From contig JBHLKY010000036.1 in the NCBI GenBank assembly GCA_048886185.1, forward strand, positions 1 through 26,426: a DNA stretch of 26,426 bases. Reading direction: 5' to 3'. The translations under genes and the position numbers were made by a program. Source of the stretch: Candidatus Hermodarchaeota archaeon (GTDB lineage: Archaea; Asgardarchaeota; Heimdallarchaeia; Hodarchaeales; Hodarchaeaceae). Shown in pieces: positions 17,501-25,863 of this stretch. The notes under the pieces are model-generated. The model was not told the DNA's origin, did no database searches, and worked only from the letters and a program-made list of their open reading frames with translations. Position 1 is the stretch's first letter. Every line of letters begins with the position of its first letter.

Positions 17501-18543
17501 ATGATGAATTTGTATATGATTTAACGATCCCTGGAACTCACAACTTCATCGTGAATGGATTTGTAACACACAACACGGCCGCTGTGATCAGAGATCAAGA
17601 TACAGGGGAAATTACACTCGAAGCGGGAGCTCTTGTTCTTGCTGACCAAGGAATCGCAATGGTGGATGAGTTCGATAAAATGCGAACGGAGGATCGGAGT
17701 GCCATTCATGAGGCTATGGAGCAGCACACGATATCTATAGCAAAAGCAGGAATCGTAGCTACTCTTAATGCCCGAACATCGATCCTAGCAGCTGCAAATC
17801 CTCGCCGAGGAAGATGGAATCCGTTTAAAGGCACCGCAGACAACTTAAATCTTCCTCCTACATTACTATCTCGATTTGACTTAATCCTCGTTTTGGAAGA
17901 TGTACCTGATCTGAAAGAAGACCATGATTTAGCTTCTCATATCTTGGGACTCCATAAGTCCCATACCCTTTCCACGAGTCCTCCTATTGAACAGGATTTA
18001 CTACGCAAGTATATAGCTTATGCGAGGCGTGAAGTTCATCCCCGCCTAACTGATGAGGCGGAGGAACGCTTGTTAGAATATTATAAAGAGTTACGGCGGT
18101 CAAGTGGTAAGATAGAAGAAGGCCAGGTAGAACCGATTGCCATTACACCTCGTCAATTGGAATCACTTGTTCGATTATCAGAAGCCCGAGCTAAGATGCG
18201 GTTAAGTAATGAAGTCACTTATGATGATGCATCGGGTGCTGTGAACTTAATGAATGCCACTCTAGAAAAATTAGCCAAAGACACCGAAACAGGGAAGCTA
18301 GATATAGATAAGTATGCTTCTGGGATAAGTGCTAGATCAAGAAGGCAGTTGGATCGAATTGATGCCTTAATTGATAGAATGTTGGAGGAAGCTGAGGATG
18401 AAGAACCCGTAGCTATCAAAGACATAATAGATCGAGCAATAGAGGAAGGTCTTAGTAAGAATCAAGTTGTGAAAGCTATTGATGAAATGACCCGTCGTGG
18501 GATATTGTTCGAACCTCAACCAGGATTTGTAAAACGGCCATAA
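14521..18543 (+). CDS. mcm: MCM replicative helicase containing one 650-aa intein (mature protein about 690 aa)
   Basis: Zn finger CASC...CRNEHC, Walker A GDPGTGKS, YTSGKGSTAAGL|intein|TAAV, Walker B DEFDKM, Arg finger SRFD, sensor 2 TPRQLESLVRLSEA, C-terminal wHTH. Confidence 0.98.
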   Translation: MGFPFDLKGRFESFIEEFTDQEGQLHYQEKIREMETTGARSLYISYNDLLIQDPKLAQETLLNPELSIIACEEVLRSKLAELSPGYFERLKQVHVRIRNLSEKLLLRSLKTDHLEILTSFEGIVIGVTETKPLLIRGHFKCASCGENQSVDFPEGIFTPPYQCRNEHCQRKGSLQIQLDKSDFIDWQKITLQEKPEELPPGQLPQSTSIHVLDDLVDLARPGDRVEVVGILKARATRFLKRGQLATYGKFFHGISITKETKEYVDIDISEEDELKIIDLSKSPYIIEKIRDSLAPSIYGRDLVKEAIASLLFGGTAKITPDGLKLRGESNILVVGDPGTGKSQILKFVAQLAPRALYTSGKGSTAAGLCVSGDSNIFLSDRATSISEFVINEFKKGGVERYNEKIEYKKITSDYRTFHSKNLKITTDPVSRVWRIKSPEKLFRINTKTGKELVLTPETNLLSMSHEGLVWKPANTLKENERVATSRHLGIKERKEVPSVYELIADYPNEIILTNVDEIVAELLSRVKKEFSMTNKVITDQLGVSEDSIYRWKNKERIGNISLKLFENLCRLAKIDVETQLPAIMELEIKKGQRLKLPKNLDPNWFYILGLIFGDKRVLVDNQKGRYGGVCIGFSNREKSLLDKFDKFCDKISIKVNKGRETEERPTEYRIWSKILFHIFSKFGLTPSPKSSNINPTKDLLYYPEEYLHNFLRGLFDSGGWICVRESEYSQIGITSTSKDLIDFIRYALLTLGIITYTRQKKPRIAIKKTGEKIISRKAKYELIFNSYTDFRIFERLIGFRHPKKSEILQNYCSIKRQDHRNVDNIPSARLLLKSIVKFYGYTSRELIGYKGTLSRSQHNKGMNRSQLKSILEKIDTNWMRHKVRIPYEMRFLLYKELETFFNSSQTQIAKDKIYEYFIRKNRNPRIPIGLIMRIINENEISPSKKINGYLKTLISSIKQKEEGIKEKYEFLRKLCDSDILWDEITQVEEITSPNDEFVYDLTIPGTHNFIVNGFVTHNTAAVIRDQDTGEITLEAGALVLADQGIAMVDEFDKMRTEDRSAIHEAMEQHTISIAKAGIVATLNARTSILAAANPRRGRWNPFKGTADNLNLPPTLLSRFDLILVLEDVPDLKEDHDLASHILGLHKSHTLSTSPPIEQDLLRKYIAYARREVHPRLTDEAEERLLEYYKELRRSSGKIEEGQVEPIAITPRQLESLVRLSEARAKMRLSNEVTYDDASGAVNLMNATLEKLAKDTETGKLDIDKYASGISARSRRQLDRIDALIDRMLEEAEDEEPVAIKDIIDRAIEEGLSKNQVVKAIDEMTRRGILFEPQPGFVKRP
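15625..17574 (+). mobile_element. MCM intein (650 aa) with HTH insert(s) and a degenerate LAGLIDADG endonuclease
   Basis: Begins CVSGDS after ...AAGL and ends FIVNGFVTHN before Thr(+1). Block F VYDLTIPGTHNF; block C ILGLIFGDK; block E LRGLFDSGG. Confidence 0.96.
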
Positions 18544-18566
18544 AATTGGCATAAATTGGGTTTTTT

Positions 18567-21500
18567 ATGCTTGTTGAGTCACTCCCTCTGGATGATCGCA
18601 TTAAAAAGGTAATAATCGATCATGACGGGATCAAAGAGCTGTTTCCTCCACAGATTGAAGCAATAAATCGAGGATTATTAACGGGGAAAAACCTCGTTAT
18701 TTCCATCCCAACCGCAGCTGGGAAAACATTACTAGCGGAATTAGCTGCTCTAAAACACGTAGTTGAAAACAGAGGGAAGGCTATTTATCTGTGTCCATTA
18801 CGAGCGCTAGCTTCAGAGAAATATACTGATCTAAAACGCTTTGAATCCCTCGGAATTCGGGTAGCTATCACGTCTGGAGATTATGACTCAACAGATAGCT
18901 ATCTTCCTAGATATGATATCATTGTTTCAACTAACGAAAAAATGGATGCCCTTTTACGTCATCAAGTGAGCTGGATACGGGATCAGGTGACTCTTGTTAT
19001 CATTGATGAGTGTCATCTATTAAATGATCAACATAGGGGACCAACCTTAGAAATTTTGATGGCAAGACTATTAAGCGAGAACACACACTCTCAAATCCTC
19101 GCGCTAAGTGCAACTATTGGAAACGCTGATGATTTGGCAGAATGGTTAAAAGCAGAACTAGTACAAAGTGATTGGAGACCTGTTCCCCTCCGAGAAGGAA
19201 TTTACTTTGAAGACCGGATAATATATTCAGATTATTCATCTCGAGAAATTCCTTTCAGACGTAAAGATAACCTAACAAATATCGCTCTTGATTCTATCTA
19301 CTCTCACGAACAAATGTTGATTTTTACTCCTTCTAGGAGATCAGCAGTTTCAACTGCAGAACGAATAGGAAAAAGTATCGAATCCCTGATCGAACCAAGA
19401 GATGCAAAGCATTTAGCTGACCTTTCAAAAAAAATTGTAAGAGATATTTCAGATCCCTTATCTTTAAAGCTAGCAGAAACAGTAAAGCGTGGAGTAACTT
19501 TCCATCACGCTGGACTCAACTCTCACCAGCGAGACATGATTGAGAAAGCGTTCAAGAAAGGGTTAATCAAAGCATTATGTGCCACACCAACTCTTTGTAT
19601 TTCGAAAGATACCTTGATCTGGCATGGAATTTCCCAAACTGAAGTATCACGGTTGGATTCCTCCACAGAAGCTTTTATATTGCGAAATAACTCTCTAGTT
19701 CCATCAAAAATTAAGGAAATTAATATCAATTACAATTATGCAGATTTAATTGAAATTTCGTCTGTTTCTGGATACCAAATCAAAGTTACACCAAATCATA
19801 AAATGTTGGTGAAAAGAAATAACGAAAAGCTGATTCTTCGAGCTGATTCAGTTCATAAGAATGATAGAATTGCTACAATAGGGAAATTGAGATATAATGG
19901 CACAAAAAATTTCTCTATCCAAGATTTCACTCAAAACTGTAATACTTTTGTTGGAAAACAGGAATTTGATTCAGATATAGCTTACTTCATTGGACTAATG
20001 TTAGGTGATGGATATTCAGGGGCAGAAACAATAGAGGGGAGGGTAAAATTCAAAGGTTCACCCACAATTGTAAACTTAGATGAGGAAGTCCTAGAGCATT
20101 GTCAAGAAGTATGTTCTAGATTAAAAATTACTGCCAAGAAGATGATAAACTCCTATGGGACTCCTCAGCTGGTTATTGGAAAAAATAAGTGGTTCAGAAC
20201 ATTTCTAGTGCGTTGTGGAGTTGAAAAATCTCAAAGAAAATATATTTCTGAACACATCATGAAAATGGGGCAAGATAATATCACTTGCTTATTAAGAGGG
20301 CTCTTTGATTCAGCTGGTTATGTTACCAAAGGAAGATCAGTTGGATTTTCAACTACGTCCAAAATATTAGTAAAACAAGTTCAAAAATTGTTACTTAGGT
20401 ATGGTATAGTATGTAGATTAAGGCAAAGAAAAGAAAATCCCATAAAAATGCATACGAGAGAATATAAAACACAAAAATATTTTGAACTGATGATTTCTCA
20501 AAAAAGATGTATACTTGAATTCTATGAATCTATAGGATTTAATATCCAAAAAAAGCAACAGGGTTTAATTAAATTTGTTTCAGAAATTAAATCGAATATC
20601 AATTATATTTCATGTCCAAAATGTATGTATAAAATCTATAAAAGTTTATTTGGGGGGAGAACAAAATCACAGAAAGAATGGGGGAATAAGAAACTAGAGA
20701 TTATAAAATTACTCGGATGTAATGGTGAATTAGGATCTAGAAAAATGAAGGAGACGCTTGGATTTGAACCAAAAAAGGATGAAAGACGATTAAACCATCA
20801 TTACGAGTTGATAAAGAAAAGAAAAATAGGAAAAGGGAGTAAAGCAGAATGGTTCTGGAGTTTGAATTCAATAGGTGTTTGGATCTACAAAAACTTACTT
20901 GTTTCTGATAATAAGTTTCTTAATATGTTTAAATTACTCAACTGTCCTTTATGTAATAGCTCTCTAGAACATTCAATGAGAAAAGGATGGAGAGATTCTG
21001 ATTTTGACGAGGACATTTTTTGGGATCGTGTACGATCAACTAAAATTGTTCCCAAAGAATCCCCTGTTTATGATGTTGTATTGTCAAATTATCCAAGAAA
21101 TGATCATATGTTTGTTGCAAATGGTTTCATTGTTCACAATTCTGCCGGCGTTAACTTACCTGCTAAACGTGTTGTCATCTCCAGCGTCTTTCGATACTCT
21201 ATTGAAGAAGGATCCCATCCTATAAAGACGCTAGAAGTAAAACAGATGGTTGGGCGCGCTGGGCGGCCTCAATTTGACAAAGAAGGTGAATCAATTCTAA
21301 TAGCTAAACAGGAGAGAGCTGTGGACTGGTTAATGGATCGCTATGTCCTTCGTGATCCTGAAGCCCTATATTCAAAATTAGCTGCAAAGCCAGCATTGCG
21401 ACGAGCAGTATTAGGATTAATTGCCTCCAAGGTTGTTACGACTGTTTCCAATCTATTACATTTTATTGAAAAGACCTTTTATGGCTTTCAATTTGAAGCA

Positions 21501-22337
21501 GTATTCCTAGAGGGAAAAATTAGGGAGGTGATCGATCTTCTTATCGGATGGGAAATGGTTCTCCCTCTTGATGCCAATGAATCTCTTGAAACCACCCTTT
21601 ATGGCTTACGTGTAAGTCAACTCTATTTGGATCCTGAAACAGCAGCTACCATAGCTGAAGGACTCACTTTAGCTGTTCAGCAATCTCGAACAAGAATTCA
21701 TCCTGTGGCACTTCTTGATTTAGTTGTTGGAACTCCTGATATGATTTCATTGTCATTCCGCAAAAGCGACTGGAAAATAACTGAGAAAAGATTTGGAAAA
21801 TTTAGTTCTAGACTGATACGACGCATTCCAGAACCAATAGACATCGAATATGAGTTTCGTCTGCGAGATTTTCGTACGGTTCTTTTTTTATGGGATTGGA
21901 TTAAGGAATTACCTGTTGAACATCTTATCATGCGCTATAAAATTGGTTCTGGCGACATTCAACGTATTGTAGAGACTGCTACTTGGATAGTATCTGCTAT
22001 GGCTGAAATTGCTAAATTGAAGAAAAGAAATAATGAAGAATATCATATCTTTATGAAATCTGCTGAATCCCTCAGTGATAGAGTTAAGTATGGAATAAAG
22101 AGTGATGCTGTGAGTTTAACCCGAATAAGAGGAATTGGTAGAAAAAGAGCTCGGATATTACTGGAACACGGGATTCGCGACATCAAGCAGCTATTGACTC
22201 TTGATCTCTCTAAGTTGAGCCAAATACCAGGTTTTGGATCCGAGTTAGCAAGAACCACATTGGAACGGGCAAAAGAATTAACAAAACCAATAAAGAAAGA
22301 CCATTTCGATGTTGAATTAGACGATTATATTTTCTAA
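18567..22337 (+). CDS. hel308: Hel308/Hjm (Ski2-like SF2) DNA helicase containing one 515-aa intein (mature protein about 741 aa)
   Basis: Q motif LFPPQ, PTAAGKT, PLRALASEK, DECH, SAT, WRPVPL, FHHAGL, ATPTL|intein|SAGVNLPA, QMVGRAGRPQFD, and C-terminal HhH (IRGIGRKRARIL; IPGFG). Confidence 0.97.
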   Translation: MLVESLPLDDRIKKVIIDHDGIKELFPPQIEAINRGLLTGKNLVISIPTAAGKTLLAELAALKHVVENRGKAIYLCPLRALASEKYTDLKRFESLGIRVAITSGDYDSTDSYLPRYDIIVSTNEKMDALLRHQVSWIRDQVTLVIIDECHLLNDQHRGPTLEILMARLLSENTHSQILALSATIGNADDLAEWLKAELVQSDWRPVPLREGIYFEDRIIYSDYSSREIPFRRKDNLTNIALDSIYSHEQMLIFTPSRRSAVSTAERIGKSIESLIEPRDAKHLADLSKKIVRDISDPLSLKLAETVKRGVTFHHAGLNSHQRDMIEKAFKKGLIKALCATPTLCISKDTLIWHGISQTEVSRLDSSTEAFILRNNSLVPSKIKEININYNYADLIEISSVSGYQIKVTPNHKMLVKRNNEKLILRADSVHKNDRIATIGKLRYNGTKNFSIQDFTQNCNTFVGKQEFDSDIAYFIGLMLGDGYSGAETIEGRVKFKGSPTIVNLDEEVLEHCQEVCSRLKITAKKMINSYGTPQLVIGKNKWFRTFLVRCGVEKSQRKYISEHIMKMGQDNITCLLRGLFDSAGYVTKGRSVGFSTTSKILVKQVQKLLLRYGIVCRLRQRKENPIKMHTREYKTQKYFELMISQKRCILEFYESIGFNIQKKQQGLIKFVSEIKSNINYISCPKCMYKIYKSLFGGRTKSQKEWGNKKLEIIKLLGCNGELGSRKMKETLGFEPKKDERRLNHHYELIKKRKIGKGSKAEWFWSLNSIGVWIYKNLLVSDNKFLNMFKLLNCPLCNSSLEHSMRKGWRDSDFDEDIFWDRVRSTKIVPKESPVYDVVLSNYPRNDHMFVANGFIVHNSAGVNLPAKRVVISSVFRYSIEEGSHPIKTLEVKQMVGRAGRPQFDKEGESILIAKQERAVDWLMDRYVLRDPEALYSKLAAKPALRRAVLGLIASKVVTTVSNLLHFIEKTFYGFQFEAVFLEGKIREVIDLLIGWEMVLPLDANESLETTLYGLRVSQLYLDPETAATIAEGLTLAVQQSRTRIHPVALLDLVVGTPDMISLSFRKSDWKITEKRFGKFSSRLIRRIPEPIDIEYEFRLRDFRTVLFLWDWIKELPVEHLIMRYKIGSGDIQRIVETATWIVSAMAEIAKLKKRNNEEYHIFMKSAESLSDRVKYGIKSDAVSLTRIRGIGRKRARILLEHGIRDIKQLLTLDLSKLSQIPGFGSELARTTLERAKELTKPIKKDHFDVELDDYIF
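19596..21140 (+). mobile_element. Hel308 intein (515 aa) with a LAGLIDADG domain and a Zn/wHTH insert
   Basis: Begins CISKDT after ...ATPTL and ends FVANGFIVHN before Ser(+1). Block B VTPNH; block C FIGLMLGDG; block E LRGLFDSAG; block F VYDVVL. Confidence 0.96.
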
Positions 22338-22420
22338 ATCCTAGTAACTCGATTCATATATAGTTAGTATAATTCTCAAGTTAATTCAAGATAATCTTCT
22401 CCGCTAATGAGGAAAATTCT

Positions 22421-22870
22421 TTGGTGAGACAAGCAGTAGGTGCAATAATACGATATCAGGAAAATTATATCCTTGTTCACAAGGTAAAAATCATGGAAAG
22501 TACTGATTCTCCAAAAGATATGAAAGGAGAATGGGATTTTGTAAAAGGGGGGATAATGTCACACGAAAAATCGAAAGAGGAAGCTCTTTTCAGGGAACTA
22601 AAGGAAGAAACTGGTTCGATTAACTATAGTATGGTGAAAGAATATTCAGAGAAGCTCAGATTTGTCTTTAAAAGCGAATTTCAACAAACTGGATTTATTC
22701 ATCAAGAGACAACTATGTTTCTTGTAGAATTTAACGGTGATATTTCTGATCTAAGACCTCATGATCAAGAAATTGATCAAATAGCAATATTTTCTAAAGA
22801 GGAGGTCTATAGCGCACTTACTCATCTAGAATCAAAGAAATACTTTCAGCAAATTGTCTTAGAGAAATAA
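22421..22870 (+). CDS. Nudix hydrolase, RppH/Ap4A-hydrolase-like
   Basis: RQAVGAII at the N-terminus, WDFVKGGIMSHE...RELKEETG Nudix box, and QETTMFLVEF. TTG start with GAGG upstream. Confidence 0.88.
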   Translation: MVRQAVGAIIRYQENYILVHKVKIMESTDSPKDMKGEWDFVKGGIMSHEKSKEEALFRELKEETGSINYSMVKEYSEKLRFVFKSEFQQTGFIHQETTMFLVEFNGDISDLRPHDQEIDQIAIFSKEEVYSALTHLESKKYFQQIVLEK

Positions 22871-22984
22871 AAACATAAACCAAGTTAATGATTCAACATA
22901 GAGTTTTATTATCAGCAAAGTAGAAGGAGTGTTTCTTATTGTCTAGCTGGAATAGTTTCTATTTTACATTAATATAATAAGTTT

Positions 22985-23260
22985 TATTGAACCTACGATC
23001 TTCAGAATGATTTTTGAGAGCGTAAACGTAAGCGTTATGATAACGGGATTCCAAGGCCGAATGGTATTAATTCACACGACATTAAATGAATCTTCTTTGT
23101 CACCATCACCATCGGTATCAAAATCCACATTACTTTCTGGAAGAGTCCCCTGACCATCACTAAGTTGCAGTTCTTATTGATATTTTTCCCATGAGATTGG
23201 TACTTCACCTTCTGTTGCGGAATCCCCAGTATTTTGAATACTTGTTGCCTCATTTATAGA
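22985..23260 (-). pseudogene. Decayed fragment of a probably extracellular, acidic Ca-binding protein
   Basis: One minus-strand frame reads INEATSIQNTGDSATEGEVPISWEKYQ*ELQLSDGQGTLPESNVDFDTDGDGDKEDSFNVV*INTIRPWNPV, with stops at 23174-23176 and 23072-23074. Boundaries are approximate. Confidence 0.5.
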
Positions 23261-23810
23261 TCAAAGGAGATTATAATTCTATTTATCAAAAAACATCAAA
23301 GAGAGGTTTTAAGACTAAAAGAAATTCAGAAATGGTAGGATTTCTAATTTTGATCTTTATTAGAAGGGCGTCAATCAGTAATTGTACTCAAAAAATGTTA
23401 AACAAGAATTCTAGATTAAATTATCTAATATTACTTTTTCTTGTTAATCTTTAGATTACTAAACTATTATTCTCTGTAGATATCTTTTCAGCTAGTACTG
23501 GTAGGTTATCTTCCTCTGCAATCGTGCTTGAAGAATTGAAATTTCGATCAAAAGAGGAATGAAATGATTTTGTTTTAGATTTGGATTTTATACAACAAAT
23601 TTTTGAACTTTTGAAGTACCTCGCCTTCTCCTAAGGCTTTTGATTTCAATAATAATAATTCACGTAATGTGAGCGCCTTCACATAGTGTTGAGTTAAGTA
23701 AAATTAAACAACTTTCCCTAGTTTTTAGATGAAAATCCTTATAAGGTCAAGAAATCTAAAATTAGTATTTTTGTTTAATTACAAGATTGCTTGACTGAAG
23801 AGGATTGATA

Positions 23811-25562
23811 ATGAAGTTTGGTAACAAAAACAGTTTATTCTTAGGATTTTTAATAACATCCTCCTTACTACTGTTACAGATGATTTTATTCCCAATATGT
23901 TTTGCAAGTTCCTTAATTACAGAGCCTGTTAGTTCTTTCATGGCTGAAGGCTCTGGGTATAGCTTTGTTGGCGAAGAAATATTCAACCTTGCAGGTTTTC
24001 ATGCCTATAGTATTGGTGATTTCAATAATGACAGTTTTGATGATTTTGTTATTGGGGCAAGTCATTATAATGGATCTTGGATGCATGGATATGGTAAAAT
24101 CTATCTTTTTTGGGGTCGACCTACTGAAGAATGGGCTTCTCACCCTCTTTCTGAAACATCAGTTTCGTTCATAGGTGAGAGTGATAGTGAAAATCTTGGA
24201 CGATGGTGTGCAAGTCTTGGTGATGTAAATGGTGATGGATTTGATGATTTCGCTGCTAGCGCTGTTCGTCATGGGAATTGGTCAGGAAAAACGTACATCT
24301 TTTTCGGGAAGTCTGATATTTCATGGGATCCTGAAACTCTTGTTTCTGAAGCAGCTAATGCATCATTTATAGGTGAAAATATTAATGATTGGAGTGGTCA
24401 TGGTGTTTATGGTTTAGGTGATGTAAATAATGATGATTACAATGATCTTTTGATCAGCGGAGAATGGAATGATGAAGGAGGTCTGGATACAGGACAAGTG
24501 TATCTAATACTTGGTCGTCCAACTGATCAATGGACCAAAAACACTCATCTTCCTCAAGGTGCAAATGCGTCTTTTATTGGAAATTCAACCTTTCTCAGTT
24601 TGGGTGGTGATGCTGCTGGAATAGGGGATGTGAACGATGACGGTTACAATGATTTTGCAGTTTTTGCACAAAAAAATAATGATCCAGCTATTAATTTAAC
24701 AGATTACCGCATAAGAGATGAACCTCCTCCTATTCTTCCTTCAAGACAGGTTTTCCTAATATTTGGTAGACCAACTAATCACTGGCAGATGAGTCAATCT
24801 ATTTCAGATGCAAATGCTTCCATGCTGTATGAACAATGGTGGGGGCCAAGTAATGATTTTATTTCTGGGGCAAATGATGTCAATGGTGACGGGGTTGATG
24901 ATTTCTTAGTTGGATCTTACATGGATGATACTGGTGCTACTGATGCAGGACGAACCTATTTGTACTTTGGTCGACCAACTGAAGAATGGACTCTCTACCC
25001 TCAAGCAGATGTTTCCTTTGTAAGTTCGAACCCTAACCAATGGTCTGGATTTTCTGTAGCAGGGGTAAATGATGTAAATAACGATGGCTACGCAGATATT
25101 CTTATTGGCGCACCAGAAAATTTTCTTGTTTATGATAATGATGGTTCAGTGTATCTTTTTTATGGAAGACCGACTGAAAAATGGCAATTGACACTTCAAC
25201 TCTCCCAAGCTAATATTTCTTTTACAAGGGAATCTCATGGTGATGCTTTTGGCACTCACATGGCTGGTGTTGGTGATGTAAATAATGATGGATTTCATGA
25301 TTTTGTTATGAATGCTGCTGCTTACGAAGATTGGAAAGGAAAAACGTATTTGATACTAGGTAGGTCTGATTTTACAATTACAACAACAGATACTATTACA
25401 ACAACGCCTACTACATCAATATCTGAAAGCATTCCGGATTATAATACAACTTCTACTACAACCATACCTGCAACTAATGGTACAGCTGCTGACTTTATTC
25501 TGATGATTCCAGTTGTTTTAGTTCTTGCCACTTTTCACAAGAGACGAAGGAAAAATACCTAG
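23811..25562 (+). CDS. Secreted, C-terminally anchored FG-GAP (integrin-alpha-like) seven-bladed beta-propeller surface protein
   Basis: Signal-peptide-like N-terminus, seven D-x-N-x-D-x-x-x-D repeats each followed by a G-x-x-Y-L-x-x-G-type strand, a Thr-rich stalk, a terminal hydrophobic helix and KRRRK. ATG at 23811 follows GAGG. Confidence 0.93.
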   Translation: MKFGNKNSLFLGFLITSSLLLLQMILFPICFASSLITEPVSSFMAEGSGYSFVGEEIFNLAGFHAYSIGDFNNDSFDDFVIGASHYNGSWMHGYGKIYLFWGRPTEEWASHPLSETSVSFIGESDSENLGRWCASLGDVNGDGFDDFAASAVRHGNWSGKTYIFFGKSDISWDPETLVSEAANASFIGENINDWSGHGVYGLGDVNNDDYNDLLISGEWNDEGGLDTGQVYLILGRPTDQWTKNTHLPQGANASFIGNSTFLSLGGDAAGIGDVNDDGYNDFAVFAQKNNDPAINLTDYRIRDEPPPILPSRQVFLIFGRPTNHWQMSQSISDANASMLYEQWWGPSNDFISGANDVNGDGVDDFLVGSYMDDTGATDAGRTYLYFGRPTEEWTLYPQADVSFVSSNPNQWSGFSVAGVNDVNNDGYADILIGAPENFLVYDNDGSVYLFYGRPTEKWQLTLQLSQANISFTRESHGDAFGTHMAGVGDVNNDGFHDFVMNAAAYEDWKGKTYLILGRSDFTITTTDTITTTPTTSISESIPDYNTTSTTTIPATNGTAADFILMIPVVLVLATFHKRRRKNT

Positions 25563-25863
25563 GTTACTACTGTAACCTCATTAACCTTTTTTTATTATTA
25601 ATGATTAACTTTCCTTAGTTCTTCCATAAAAAAGAGTTGTGATATTTTTTTCATAAAGTAAAAAAATATTTGATCAGATTTTTATAATGATAATGTCGTC
25701 AATCGTTGATTATAATTGTTAAAGCTAGCTGTTGAATAAAGAAAATCCAATAATTACCAATCAGATCAGCTAGAAAACTCATCTTTGTAAAAAAAGAAGT
25801 AGAAAAAGAAGAGAAGAAGATTAAAGACCTATCCATTAGAGGTAGGTTAATTAATCTTGCCTT

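Noticed and set aside
18540-18560. Short near-tandem CATAAAATTGG/CATAAATTGG between mcm and hel308
   Set aside because: Only two imperfect 10-11-bp copies overlapping the stop codon; no evidence of function.
15625-21140. Reading the long insertions in MCM and Hel308 as frameshifts, introns or fused accessory genes
   Set aside because: Both are in frame, start with Cys, end with His-Asn before Thr/Ser, and split conserved motifs that rejoin cleanly, so they are inteins.
11378-24174. Remaining short ORF-track entries nested in the HDAC, cdc6, mcm, hel308 and FG-GAP genes, and the 72-aa ORF at 23035-23253
   Set aside because: Alternative-frame or antisense shadows with no recognisable motifs. 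The 23035-23253 ORF is an off-frame reading of the pseudogene fragment.
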